DNA of 62,014 nt from an uncultured Pseudonocardia sp. (GCA_964247105.1 CAXTTN010000003.1:1-62014), one strand, 5' to 3'. Shown: positions 1 through 9,608, counted from the stretch's first letter. Notes: generated by a model from the letters alone, not told the origin. Numbers and translations are program-made.

Positions 1-203
1 GTCGAGTTGCCGTCGACGACGATGATCTCGTGGACCGCGGGCCGCACGGCGGCGAGCGCGGGCAGGACGATCTCGAGGTTGCGCGCCTCGTTGTGCGTGG
101 GAACCACGACGCTCACGGTCGGGTACGCGAGGGGACGCGCTCCGGCCCGGACTGTGAGGAGGTGCCCCACGTGATCTGCTACCCGGATCATTCGGTGCTC
201 CAT
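1..203 (-). CDS. Glycosyltransferase family 2, N-terminal part (runs off the window start)
   Basis: Minus-strand translation reads PTVSVVVPTHNEARNLEIVLPAL...HEIIVVDGNST, the classic GT2 N-terminus. Start is ATG 203 or GTG 170. Confidence 0.8.
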   Translation of the reverse strand, partial: MEHRMIRVADHVGHLLTVRAGARPLAYPTVSVVVPTHNEARNLEIVLPALAAVRPAVHEIIVVDGNS

Positions 204-265
204 TCGGTCCGTGGTGGGTGGCCGGCGGCCAGGCGCGGCTACTCCTCGCGGTTGGGTGTCGAGCA

Positions 266-300
266 GACGAGACACCCGGCCGCAGCGGCACACTCAACCC
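266..300 (-). promoter_or_regulatory. MerR-type promoter/operator, copy 1
   Basis: TTGAGT, a 19-bp spacer (GTGCCGCTGCGGCCGGGTG, with dyad), then TCTCGT. Matches 14612-14646 at 33/35 and 9574-9608 at 31/35. Confidence 0.7.
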
Positions 301-347
301 CTCGGCGCCTGTGACTCATGGCACTCGTTCGATTCGGGGTTCGGGGC

Positions 348-378
348 TTGACCTGGCCGCGACGGCACGGTTTCGACT
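348..378 (+). promoter_or_regulatory. MerR-type promoter/operator upstream of the merR operon
   Basis: TTGACC, a 19-bp spacer containing GGCCGCGACGGCA, then TCGACT. Confidence 0.65.
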
Positions 379-433
379 GCAGGTCGTCGGCAGGACCTGC
401 CGCCACCCCCGAACCCGGAGACGAGGTGCCGCC

Positions 434-838
434 GTGGCGTGGAGTACCCGTGAGATCGCCGAGCTCGCCGGCACCAGCCTGCGGGCGGTCCGGCACTACC
501 ACGACGTCGGACTGCTGGAGGAACCCGAACGACGCGGCAACGGCTACAAGCAGTACGGCGTCGCTCACCTCCTGCGGGTGCTGCGGATCAAACGGCTGAG
601 CGACCTGGGATTCTCGTTGCCCCAGATCGCTGCCATGGGCGATGCCGCCGACCACCCGGCCGAGGCACTGCGCACCCTGGATGCCGAGCTCGCCGCCAGC
701 ATCGAGGGTCTGCAACGGGCCCGTGTCGAGCTCGGCCTGATCCTGCGCCAGGCCGCGCCGACCGACATGCCGCCGGAGTTCGCCCCGGTCGTCTCCGACG
801 CCACGCTGTCGGACGCCGACCGCACCGACCGCACCTGA
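434..838 (+). CDS. MerR family regulator, C-terminally truncated
   Basis: WSTREIAELAGTSLRAVRHYHDVGLL...YKQY MerR HTH. Ends at LSDADR, where paralogue 8518-9348 continues. Confidence 0.85.
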   Translation: MAWSTREIAELAGTSLRAVRHYHDVGLLEEPERRGNGYKQYGVAHLLRVLRIKRLSDLGFSLPQIAAMGDAADHPAEALRTLDAELAASIEGLQRARVELGLILRQAAPTDMPPEFAPVVSDATLSDADRTDRT

Positions 839-856
839 CCCCTCCGAAAGGTCGTC

Positions 857-1333
857 ATGGCAACCACCATCGCCCAGCTCCTCGAGTTCATCGCCGGGCT
901 GCATCCCGTCCTGCAGTTCCTCGCCGTGTTCGCCATCGGCGTCGTCCCCTACCTCGAGTCCCACCTCGGAGCATTCATCGGCACGCTCACCGGGATCCCC
1001 GTCGTCCTCGCCGCCCTCGCCGCGATCGCGGGGAACCTGCTCGCCCTCGTCGTCGCGACCCGCGCCGGCGGCGCCGTGCAGCGCCGGGTCTCCGCCCGTC
1101 GTGGCGAACCCAGCAGGCGCAGCCAGAAGGTGCTGGCCAAGGTCGACCAGTTCGGGGTCCCGGTCGCGAGCCTGCTCGGCCCGTTCGTCCTGGCCACCGC
1201 GCTGTCCACGTTCATCATGATCAGTACCGGCCTCGACCGCCGCACGGTGGTCATCTGGCAGTCGATCGCCGTCGTCGTGTGGGGCGTCGTCTTCGCCGGG
1301 CTCGGGCTCGGCGCGCTGGCCGCACTGACCTGA
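857..1333 (+). CDS. Small membrane protein (small multidrug-export-like)
   Basis: About 4 hydrophobic segments and a GVVPYLES motif; lies within the operon. Confidence 0.7.
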   Translation: MATTIAQLLEFIAGLHPVLQFLAVFAIGVVPYLESHLGAFIGTLTGIPVVLAALAAIAGNLLALVVATRAGGAVQRRVSARRGEPSRRSQKVLAKVDQFGVPVASLLGPFVLATALSTFIMISTGLDRRTVVIWQSIAVVVWGVVFAGLGLGALAALT

Positions 1334-1374
1334 TCCTGCCCCCGTCCGAGAAGCCCCGTCCACAGGAGAAGGCC

Positions 1375-1785
1375 ATGCCCACCACCCTCGTCAACCCCGC
1401 CGGCCTGCCCGAGGTCCCGATCTACCGTCACGTGTCGGTCTCGACCGGCTCCGGGCTCGTGTTCATCGCCGGTCAGACCGCCCTCGACGCGGACGGCAAC
1501 ACGGTCGGTGAGGGCGACCTGGCCGCACAGGTCGAGCAGGTGTATCTCAACCTCCACACCGCCCTCACCGAGGTCGGCGCCACCTTCGAGGACGTCGCCA
1601 AGGTGACCGTGTACCTCGTCGACTGGACCGCCGACAAGATGGCCCCGTTCATCGACGGTGTGGCCCGCGCCAGCGCGCGCCTCGGGATCGAACCTCCCGT
1701 CCCGCCGCTGACCGGCATCGGCGTCGCGGCCCTCGCGGAGCCGCACGTCCTCGTCGAGGTCGAGGCCATCGCGGTTCTCGACTGA
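1375..1785 (+). CDS. RidA/YjgF family protein
   Basis: VFIAGQ, NL..AL..VG, LVEVEAIA motifs; AGGAG RBS. Confidence 0.9.
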   Translation: MPTTLVNPAGLPEVPIYRHVSVSTGSGLVFIAGQTALDADGNTVGEGDLAAQVEQVYLNLHTALTEVGATFEDVAKVTVYLVDWTADKMAPFIDGVARASARLGIEPPVPPLTGIGVAALAEPHVLVEVEAIAVLD

Positions 1786-1826
1786 CCGGTACCCCACCCC
1801 CTTCCGCCTCACCCCTGGAGCAGCAC

Positions 1827-3593
1827 GTGAGAACGTCTCGTACATCCACCTGGGCCGCCATCGCTCTCGTCGCCGCCTGCCTGGTGACCGGCACCCTCGC
1901 CGGCTCCGCGGGCGCAGGGGAGCCGGGTCCCGGCCCACCGGCGCCGGGGCCCGGGGCGGTCGCAACCGACACGGTCGCGGTCACACAGGCGCAGAACGAC
2001 CGCGTCCCCGAAGGCGCGGCCTGGACGCAGCACTACTTCCCGTCCTCGGACGGCTCCGACACCGACCTGCACGCCGACGTCCTGAGGCCGGAGGGGCTCC
2101 CTGCGAGCGAGAAGGTCCCGGTCATCCTGGTGGTCAGCTCCTACACCGGGCACTCCGGGCAGATCATTCCCGAGCCGTTCACGCACACCGGTCCCTCGAA
2201 CCGGTTCGCCGACTTCATGACGGGCACCGACCTGTTCGCCCGCGGCTACGCCTTCGTCATGGTGGACTCGCGCGGCCAGGGCGGCTCCAGCGGGTGCCTC
2301 GACTTCATCGGCCCGGGCAAGCAGGCGGATGTCAGGGCAGCGATCGACTGGTCCGCGGGCCAGCCGTGGTCCACCGGCTCCGTGGGGATGTACGGCAAGT
2401 CCTACGACGCGATCACCGGTCTCGTCGGCAACAACCTGAACCAGGACGCGCTCAAGGCCGTAGTCGCCCAGGAACCCATCTGGGACGCGATGAGCAACTT
2501 CCGCTCCAACGGCGTGCCCCGCACGAACATCGTCCAGATACCGGACGCCTACGAGATCACCGCCTCGATACCCCAGATGCCCGACGACGATCCCCGCTAC
2601 CTGGCCAACGCCGCCTACGAGACGACCCACCCGGACTGCCTCCCGCAGTACAAGGCCGGGTTCGGCACGGGTGACCCTCAGTCGGAGTACTGGAAGGCCC
2701 GGGACCTGCTGGGCCAGGCGAAGGGCAGCGACACCCCGCTGTTCGTGACCCAGGGCTTCCTCGAGTGGAACACCGAGGCCGAGGCGGTGCAGGCCTACCT
2801 CGACAACCACCAGGGCCCTGAGCGCGGCTGGCTCGGGCCGTGGGACCACGTGCGCGGCAACGACCGCACCGCCGACGGGCGCCTGAAGATGGGCCGCGAG
2901 GGCTGGTTCGACGAGACGATCTCCTTCTACGACCAGTACCTCAAGGGTATCGCCCCGCCCGTCGAATACCCGGCGTACTCCATCCAGGACAGCACCGGCA
3001 CGTGGCGTGCCCAGGACACCTGGCCGGTCGTGGACGGCTCCGCCACCCTCCTGCTCGGAGACGGATCCTATGTGGACGACAACCGTGCGGCTGCGGCCGG
3101 CAACAGCTTCCTCACCAGGTCCGAGCCGCTCACGCAGGCCATCCGGATCACCGGAACGCCGCGGATCTCCCTCACGTCCGAGCAGCGGGGCAACGTCATG
3201 ATCAAGCTGCACGACGTCGCACCGGACGGCACCGCGGTCATGTTCGACGAGCAGGTCGCCGTGCTGAGCTCGGGCGAAACGGCCTTCGACCTCCGGTCGA
3301 CCGACTGGACGTTGCCGGCCGGTCACTCCCTGGCCGTCGAGATCGGCACCATCTCGCCCGACGCCGGCCCCGTCCCGGCCACGTTCAGCCCCGGCAAGGA
3401 CTGGCTCGCCACGCCGTCACTCGAGACGGTCGAGGTCACCGACGCCACGCTCGCCCTGGCTCTCGACGACCCGGCCGGCGACACCGCCACCGCCGGCGCC
3501 CGCTCGACCTACCTGGACGTCTATCTGGCGCAGCGGACGAAGAAGCTTCCCGCCGGCCCCGCGACGTTCACGGTCCCGTCCACCGACCGCTGA
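1827..3593 (+). CDS. Secreted CocE/NonD family hydrolase (peptidase S15-like)
   Basis: Signal peptide; DSRGQGGS; GKSYD nucleophile; GPWDH. Confidence 0.9.
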   Translation: MRTSRTSTWAAIALVAACLVTGTLAGSAGAGEPGPGPPAPGPGAVATDTVAVTQAQNDRVPEGAAWTQHYFPSSDGSDTDLHADVLRPEGLPASEKVPVILVVSSYTGHSGQIIPEPFTHTGPSNRFADFMTGTDLFARGYAFVMVDSRGQGGSSGCLDFIGPGKQADVRAAIDWSAGQPWSTGSVGMYGKSYDAITGLVGNNLNQDALKAVVAQEPIWDAMSNFRSNGVPRTNIVQIPDAYEITASIPQMPDDDPRYLANAAYETTHPDCLPQYKAGFGTGDPQSEYWKARDLLGQAKGSDTPLFVTQGFLEWNTEAEAVQAYLDNHQGPERGWLGPWDHVRGNDRTADGRLKMGREGWFDETISFYDQYLKGIAPPVEYPAYSIQDSTGTWRAQDTWPVVDGSATLLLGDGSYVDDNRAAAAGNSFLTRSEPLTQAIRITGTPRISLTSEQRGNVMIKLHDVAPDGTAVMFDEQVAVLSSGETAFDLRSTDWTLPAGHSLAVEIGTISPDAGPVPATFSPGKDWLATPSLETVEVTDATLALALDDPAGDTATAGARSTYLDVYLAQRTKKLPAGPATFTVPSTDR

Positions 3594-3634
3594 TCCGGCG
3601 CTGCCGCGTCCGACCCGACAAGGAAGAGTCACCC

Positions 3635-4291
3635 ATGGCTGCCACCGATCTGAATCGTCAACAGCACACGCAATTCCTCCGTAGGCCTTTCGCGATCATC
3701 CGCGCTGATCTCGGCGTCTACCTCGTCACGAACGTGATCGTGTACGGCCTAGTGATCGCCGGCTTCGTCACGGCGCTGATCTTCCCTGAGCTGAACGCCG
3801 CGCAGGTGACATCGCTGAACGACAACGGAACGACGGATCTGGTCGTGTCGCTGCTCGGTAATGTCTGGCTGTTCGCCCTGGTCATCCTGGGGATCAACAC
3901 GCTGACGGTCGGCGCGCTGTCCATCCTGCTGCCCTCGATGATCGTTCCCTTCGCCGGCATCGCCGTCTTCGGCTACCGGGCGTTCACCATCGGGCTGACC
4001 CTTGCCCCGGCCAACGAGGCCGGTTGGATCGGACTGATCCCGCACTCCCTGACGATCCTCATCGAGTTCCAGGCCTACATTCTCCTCGTCTTCGGGGCGT
4101 ACCTTCTCGGCAGGTCCTGGCTCCGTCCCGCGACCATCGGTGCGGGCAACCGGCGTCAGGGGTACCTCCGCGGGTTGCGGCAGGTCGGCTGGTTGAGCCT
4201 GCTCGCGCTGGCGTTGCTCATCGTCGGCGCGATCTACGAGGCGTTCACGCTCCGCTACCTCGTTCCGCAGCTGGTCCGCTGGGTGACCTGA
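3635..4291 (+). CDS. SpoIIM-like membrane protein
   Basis: Multi-TM; IPH...IEFQAY and GAIYEA motifs. Confidence 0.75.
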   Translation: MAATDLNRQQHTQFLRRPFAIIRADLGVYLVTNVIVYGLVIAGFVTALIFPELNAAQVTSLNDNGTTDLVVSLLGNVWLFALVILGINTLTVGALSILLPSMIVPFAGIAVFGYRAFTIGLTLAPANEAGWIGLIPHSLTILIEFQAYILLVFGAYLLGRSWLRPATIGAGNRRQGYLRGLRQVGWLSLLALALLIVGAIYEAFTLRYLVPQLVRWVT

Positions 4292-4323
4292 AGGCCGGCG
4301 CCCTCGACCGGCGGCCTGGCCGT

Positions 4324-4380
4324 GATCACGGGCAGATGGCGGCTGGCGGATCTCCACCGACAACCATCTGCCCGTTGATC
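4324..4380. repeat. Intergenic inverted repeat (hairpin)
   Basis: ACGGGCAGATGG (4328-4339) and CCATCTGCCCGT (4364-4375) are perfect complements, flanked by GATC. Confidence 0.6.
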
Positions 4381-4419
4381 GCCGCGACCTGCTGACAACC
4401 TGCCTCCTGAGGAGACATC

Positions 4420-5985
4420 GTGTTCCGTGTTCTCTCACTGTTCGTCACCCTGGTCGTGGCGTCGTCGGCCCTCCTCGGCGCATGTGCGGCGCAGGCGGTG
4501 TCGTCCGGGTCGGGATCGGGGCCGCCCGGCTCGGCACCCCCGGCCGAGCTGACGCCGTTCTATGACCAGCAGATCGTGTTCGAGCCGTGCGTGCCCTACG
4601 CGACGACGGCCGTCGACGAGAAGCTCTTCGCCAACGAGCGCTTCGACTGCGCGCGGGTGCAGGTCCCGCTGGACTACGCCGACCCGGACGGCGCGCGTGG
4701 GGAGGTCGCGCTACTGCGGGCGAGGGCGAGAGGGCAGAAGATCGGCTCACTGCTGACCAACCCGGGCGGCCCCGGTGCTTCGGGGATGAGCTTCGCCGCC
4801 GCGTTGGGGCCGGTGTGGGACACGGTGACGGTCGGCGAGCGGTTCGACGTGATCGGGTTCGACCCCCGCGGGGTGGGCGCCTCCCTCCCACGGGCTGCCT
4901 GCTACACCGACGCCGAGTACGACCGCGGTGAAGGCTTCTCCGGTGAGCTCGTGCCCGCCATCGCCGATGCGCAGCAGGCCCGGGACGTGGAGCGGCGCTG
5001 CGCGGAGGGGTCCGGCGGCCCGCAGGCACTGGCCGGCTTCGGCACCACCGACGTCGCACGGGACATGGATGTGCTGCGTGCGGTGCTGGGTGACGAGAAG
5101 CTGTCCTATCTCGGTTACAGCTACGGCACCCAGCTGGGCGCGGTCTATGCGGAGGCGTTGCCGCAGAACGTGCGGGCGATGGTGCTCGACGGTGCGATCG
5201 ATCCCGACCTCACCGTGACCGAGTTCCACCTCGCGCAGATGAGGTCGTTCCAGATGGCCTTCGAGCGGTACGCCGCAGATTGCGCCACCAGCAGCGCCTG
5301 CCCGCTGGGCACCGACCCGGCTCGGGCGACCGAGACGTTCCATGCCATCGTGCGACCCCTGCTGGATCGGCCCGCGACCACGACGGACGGTCGGGGTCTC
5401 GACTACGTCGACGCGGTGGGCGGGGTCACGGGCGGGCTGTACTCCCCGGCGCTGTGGCCGGAGATCACCACCGGGCTCGCCGAGGTGGCCGCCGGACGCG
5501 GTGACGTCCTGCAGGCGCGGAACGACGCCGCCCTCGGGCGCGGTCCCGACGGCCGGTACAACGGCCTGATCGACGCGGTCACCTCGATCCGGTGCATGGA
5601 CTCGCCGCGTCGCACACCCGCGGAGCAGACCGACCTGGCCCGGCAGATCGTCGCGGCGGCCCCGATCCTGGACACCGGCCGACCGGTGCCGCAGGCACAC
5701 CACGAGTGCGAGGCCTGGCCGGAGCCGCCGACCCTGCCCCAGCCGTGGCTCACCGAGCCGGTCGGCCTGCCTCCCACGCTGACGGTCTCCACCACCGGCG
5801 ACCCGGCCACCCCCTACCAGGGCGGGGTCAACCTGGCCCGTGTCCTGGGTGGAAGCCTGCTGACCGTGGAGGGCGCCCAGCACGGCGTCGCGATGCTGGG
5901 CCAGAGCGCGTGCGTCGACGGGATCGTCAGCGACCACCTGATCGACCTGAAGGCCCCGCCCGTCGACGCCCGGTGCACGCTGTGA
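4420..5985 (+). CDS. Exported TAP-like alpha/beta hydrolase (tripeptidyl peptidase/Hip1 family)
   Basis: NPGGPG, FDPRGVG, GYSYG, DPATPY, GAQH; N-terminal signal/lipobox. Confidence 0.9.
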   Translation: MFRVLSLFVTLVVASSALLGACAAQAVSSGSGSGPPGSAPPAELTPFYDQQIVFEPCVPYATTAVDEKLFANERFDCARVQVPLDYADPDGARGEVALLRARARGQKIGSLLTNPGGPGASGMSFAAALGPVWDTVTVGERFDVIGFDPRGVGASLPRAACYTDAEYDRGEGFSGELVPAIADAQQARDVERRCAEGSGGPQALAGFGTTDVARDMDVLRAVLGDEKLSYLGYSYGTQLGAVYAEALPQNVRAMVLDGAIDPDLTVTEFHLAQMRSFQMAFERYAADCATSSACPLGTDPARATETFHAIVRPLLDRPATTTDGRGLDYVDAVGGVTGGLYSPALWPEITTGLAEVAAGRGDVLQARNDAALGRGPDGRYNGLIDAVTSIRCMDSPRRTPAEQTDLARQIVAAAPILDTGRPVPQAHHECEAWPEPPTLPQPWLTEPVGLPPTLTVSTTGDPATPYQGGVNLARVLGGSLLTVEGAQHGVAMLGQSACVDGIVSDHLIDLKAPPVDARCTL

Positions 5986-6695
5986 ACCTCCGGGCGCCCG
6001 ACCGCACCATGACGGGACGCACGAGGCCTAAGGCGCCGGGGTGGCCGGAGATACTGGCCGGGGGCGCGATCTACGCCCTGTCGATCGCCGTCGTGGTCGT
6101 GCTGCTTCCGCTCGTCGAGGACGACGCGGTGGCCGGCGTGCTGGGGCTCGTCGTATCGGGCGTGATGGGGCTGATCGCCCTCGCGGCCGCCGTGCTCGTC
6201 CGTATCCGAGGCCTCACGGCGTTCGGATTCCGTAGGCCGAGGCCGCGCCACGTCGCCGTCGCCGCGGTGCTCGGCCTGGTCGCCTACGCGCTCGGCGCGA
6301 TCGTCGCGGTCGCCTACATGGTCGTGAGCGGCGACACGCAGAACGTGCAGACGAGCTACCAGGGGGCTGCCGCCGCCGGCATCGGGTCGCTCGCCCTCAC
6401 GCTCGTCGGGGGAGCGATCATCACCCCGCTGGGCGAGGAGGGGTTCTTCCGCGGTGTGCTCGCGAACGCCCTCCTCGCCCGCTACGGCGCCTGGGTCGGG
6501 GTGATCGTGAGCGCCGCGATCTTCGCGGTGGCCCACGGCATCAACCCGATCCTGCCCGTGGCGTTCGTCGTCGGCGTGCTCACCGCCCTGCTGTTCCGCT
6601 GGTCGGGCTCGGTCTGGCCGGGCGTCGTGCTGCACGGCGTCAACAACGCGACCGCGCTGCTCGTCCCGCTGCTCGTCACGCTCGCCGGGACCTGA
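5982..6695 (+). CDS. CPBP (CAAX/Abi) intramembrane metalloprotease
   Basis: EEGFFRG, FAVAH, HGVNN motifs. Start is GTG 5982 (GTGA overlap) or ATG 6009. Confidence 0.9.
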   Translation: MNLRAPDRTMTGRTRPKAPGWPEILAGGAIYALSIAVVVVLLPLVEDDAVAGVLGLVVSGVMGLIALAAAVLVRIRGLTAFGFRRPRPRHVAVAAVLGLVAYALGAIVAVAYMVVSGDTQNVQTSYQGAAAAGIGSLALTLVGGAIITPLGEEGFFRGVLANALLARYGAWVGVIVSAAIFAVAHGINPILPVAFVVGVLTALLFRWSGSVWPGVVLHGVNNATALLVPLLVTLAGT

Positions 6696-6717
6696 TCGGA
6701 GTCGGACGTCAGGGGGC

Positions 6718-7323
6718 TCAGTGCGCCTGCCGCAATGCCGCGGTGATGTAGGCGTGCAGGAATTCCTGCTTGCGTGCGGCGACCTCGGGGGTGGCGAGGT
6801 TGTGAATGCGGGTGTCGAACGCGCTCAGGGTCAGCGCGCCGGCGGTGAACAGGTAGGCCCAGGCGTGGAAACCCGGCGGATGGTGGGGGAGGACCTCCTC
6901 CAGTTTCGCGATGAACGCGCGTGCCATCGGGTCGAACCGGTCGCCGACCACGGTGCGGGACTGGCTCGACGGGTCGGCGGTCTCGCGCAGGATGAGCCGG
7001 GCGAAGGAGATGTCCTCCGGGTCGTCGTGCAGCGCGAGGACGGGGTCGACGAACGCTGCGACGACCTGCTCGAGCGCGTCCGGCGCGGTCGTGTCGACGG
7101 CCTGCAACCGTGCCACGCGCTCGTCGTTGACGTACTGGCGGGACTCGAAGACCGCGTAGTAGAGCCCGTCCTTGGACGTGAAGTGGTAGACGACCAGCGA
7201 GAGTCCGACGCCTGCCGCCTGGGCGACCTCCCGCATGGTCGTGGCGTGGAATCCCTTCTGGGCGAAGAGCGTCTCCGCGGCACGCAGGATCGCCTGGGCG
7301 CGGGTGCGTGTAGTGGTGGTCAC
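6718..7323 (-). CDS. TetR/AcrR family regulator
   Basis: ILRAAETLFAQKGFHATTMREVAQAAGV...YHFTSK HTH. Confidence 0.92.
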   Translation of the reverse strand: MTTTTRTRAQAILRAAETLFAQKGFHATTMREVAQAAGVGLSLVVYHFTSKDGLYYAVFESRQYVNDERVARLQAVDTTAPDALEQVVAAFVDPVLALHDDPEDISFARLILRETADPSSQSRTVVGDRFDPMARAFIAKLEEVLPHHPPGFHAWAYLFTAGALTLSAFDTRIHNLATPEVAARKQEFLHAYITAALRQAH

Positions 7324-7336
7324 GTCGTGCCTCTCG

Positions 7337-8518
7337 TCATCGGTCCTGGACGAAGCTGATCGGCAGCCGCGCGAAGTTGCGGATCACGCGGCTGGTGGCG
7401 CGGACGGGCGGGCCGGCGAACTCCAACCGGGTCACGTGCTCGGCCAGGTGGGAGAGCAGCTCGAGGGCCTCGAGGCGGGCCACCGGTGCGCCGATGCACA
7501 GGTGCACCGACGCGCCGAACGCGAGGTGCTTGGTGCGGCGCTCGGCGGTGATGTCGAACGTGTCGGGGTCGGTGAACGCGGCGGGGTCGCGGTTGGCGGC
7601 GGGGAAGAGCGCGACCACGTTCGCGTCGGCCGGGATCGTGACGCCCGCCACGTCGGCCTCGGTGGCGGTGCGCCGCAGGAACATGCGGATCGGGGTGTCC
7701 CAGCGCAGCGTCTCCTCCACCGCCGCAGGCAGGAGCGACCGGTCGGCGCGTAGCGCGTCCCACTGCTCGGGGTGCTCGGCGAACGCGTTGATCATGTTGC
7801 TGATGAGGGCGTTCGTGGTGTCGACGCCCGCCAGCCAGATCGATCCGAGCGCCAGGAGACGCTCCTGGCCCTCGTGCAGGCCGCCGGTGGTGCCACCGTT
7901 GTCGAGGATCTCGCGGCCGAGGCTCGCCGTCGGCAGGTCGAGCACGCCGGTGGCGCCGAGCCAGTCGATGACCTCGAGCATGAGGTCGGTGTGGCGCGGC
8001 TCGGGTTCCGGGCCGATCACGTGGAACGCGGCGTCGGCCCAGGCCGCCACCGTCGCGGTGTCGGGCGGGGTGATGCCGGTGAGCCGCCGCATCGTCAGGT
8101 CGGGCAGTCGCTGCGCGATCGCGGCGACGACGTCGGCGGTGCCGTGAGCCAACGGCCCTGCGGTGACCTCCTCGACGAGACCTCGGACCTCGCCGGTCAG
8201 CTTCTCGATCTCGGAGCGGTGGAAACAGCCCTGTACCGAGCGCCGGATGCGGGTGTGGTCCGGCGGGTCGTTGTCGATGAAGGGGGCGCGGAACCCGCTG
8301 TCGGCGACCCGCTCGTACGAGGTGCCCAGACCTGAGCGGAACCTCCTGTGGTCGCGCAGCACCTCCGACACCGCCGCGTAGGTCGAGACCAGCCAGATGT
8401 CACGCTCGGGCACGTAGACGGCGGGGCCGCGCTCGCGCAGCCGTGCGTAGAGCGGGTACGGGTCGTCGAGGTGCTCGGCGCGGAACGGGTCGAGAGCGGC
8501 GGTGCTGGTGGCCGTCAT
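7337..8518 (-). CDS. Cytochrome P450
   Basis: DPPDH, AGVDTT I-helix, EETLR, FGASVHLCIG heme-Cys motif. ATG 8518 overlaps the merR stop. Confidence 0.95.
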   Translation of the reverse strand: MTATSTAALDPFRAEHLDDPYPLYARLRERGPAVYVPERDIWLVSTYAAVSEVLRDHRRFRSGLGTSYERVADSGFRAPFIDNDPPDHTRIRRSVQGCFHRSEIEKLTGEVRGLVEEVTAGPLAHGTADVVAAIAQRLPDLTMRRLTGITPPDTATVAAWADAAFHVIGPEPEPRHTDLMLEVIDWLGATGVLDLPTASLGREILDNGGTTGGLHEGQERLLALGSIWLAGVDTTNALISNMINAFAEHPEQWDALRADRSLLPAAVEETLRWDTPIRMFLRRTATEADVAGVTIPADANVVALFPAANRDPAAFTDPDTFDITAERRTKHLAFGASVHLCIGAPVARLEALELLSHLAEHVTRLEFAGPPVRATSRVIRNFARLPISFVQDR

Positions 8519-9348
8519 CAGAAGATGATCATAGCGATGGAGTGTGCAGGGCCGCCTACGGCGCGGCAGCCCTGTTGACCGTGGGACGACTTCGGCAGGG
8601 CGGTCGGGTCCGGCGGTCTCGGCGTGGGTGGACGTGACCGTCGCAGGCGCCGGATGCGGTGCAGGACGTCGACCTGGGCACGGTTGTAGAGGTCGCCCAG
8701 GGCCATGTCGACCGTGCGTGCCGCGGCGGCGGAGCCGGCGGTGTCCGGTTGGTCGGGGAGCAGGGAGCGGATGTCGAGGGTCAGGGGCAGCAGGCTCGTC
8801 GCGAGGTCCCGGCGGGTGGGTTCGGCGGCGTCGGCGGGCAGGTCGTCGAATGCGCGGTCCGCAGGACTGACGGGACTCGCGGCGAGGGTGTGCAGCATGG
8901 CGGCGAAGGCGTGCAGCGACCCGGGTTGCAGCACCCGGCTCATGACGACCAGCAGGGAGCGGTCGGCATCGGACAGACCCATGTCGGCGATCGCTGCGGC
9001 CAGCTCGGGCGGGAGATCGGTCGGGGCGGTCTGGCTGAGGATCTCGCGCAGGTCCACGCGTGCTCGCTGCACGCGGTCGAGGGTCTGGGCGAGCTCGGTG
9101 TCGAGGCGGCGCAGGGCCTGCTGGGGGTGCTTGTCGGTGTCGCCCATCTCGGCGATCTGGACCAGGGTGAACCCCAGGTCGGTCAGACGCTTGATCCGCA
9201 GCGCCCGCACGAGGTGTGCGACGCCGTACTGCTTGTAGCCGTTGGTGGTGCGCCGCGGTTCGTCGAGCAGGCCGATCTCGTGGTGGTGGCGCACCGCCCG
9301 CACGGTCGTGCCGGCGAGTGTGGCGATCTCCCGCGTGCTCCATGGCAT
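8518..9348 (-). CDS. MerR family regulator (full length)
   Basis: WSTREIATLAGTTVRAVRHHHEIGLL...YKQY; close paralogue of 434-838. Confidence 0.9.
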   Translation of the reverse strand: MPWSTREIATLAGTTVRAVRHHHEIGLLDEPRRTTNGYKQYGVAHLVRALRIKRLTDLGFTLVQIAEMGDTDKHPQQALRRLDTELAQTLDRVQRARVDLREILSQTAPTDLPPELAAAIADMGLSDADRSLLVVMSRVLQPGSLHAFAAMLHTLAASPVSPADRAFDDLPADAAEPTRRDLATSLLPLTLDIRSLLPDQPDTAGSAAAARTVDMALGDLYNRAQVDVLHRIRRLRRSRPPTPRPPDPTALPKSSHGQQGCRAVGGPAHSIAMIIF

Positions 9349-9437
9349 GTCTGCTGCCGCTCCTCGTGGAATCGTGCCCGTGACGTGAATGTCATCGCAC
9401 TGATCGCCACAGCGGTCAGGACCAGGTTTGCTCCTAA

Positions 9438-9455
9438 ACTGTACGTACGTTCAGT
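9438..9455. promoter_or_regulatory. Palindromic operator (TetR-like)
   Basis: ACTGTACGTACGTTCAGT, an 18-bp palindrome with one mismatched pair in a locally AT-richer patch. Confidence 0.5.
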
Positions 9456-9506
9456 CAGTTTCTGCAAGGGGACGCCGAAGGAAGTCGAAGTCCTCGGCGG
9501 TCAGCG

Positions 9507-9537
9507 GGTGCACGCGATGCCGTCGCGGCACGGGCAA
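9507..9537 (-). promoter_or_regulatory. MerR-type operator upstream of the second merR
   Basis: TTGCCC followed by GTGCCGCGACGGCA, near-identical to the dyad in 348-378. The -10 element is weak. Confidence 0.55.
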
Positions 9538-9573
9538 CCGGGCGAGAGGAGTGACCTGGGTTGCCGTCATCGG

Positions 9574-9608
9574 GGGTTGAGTGTGCCGTTACGGCCGGGT
9601 GTTTCCTC
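9574..9608 (+). promoter_or_regulatory. MerR-type promoter/operator, copy 2 (amidase)
   Basis: TTGAGT (9577-9582), 19 bp, TTTCCT (9602-9607); ATG at 9614. Confidence 0.7.
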
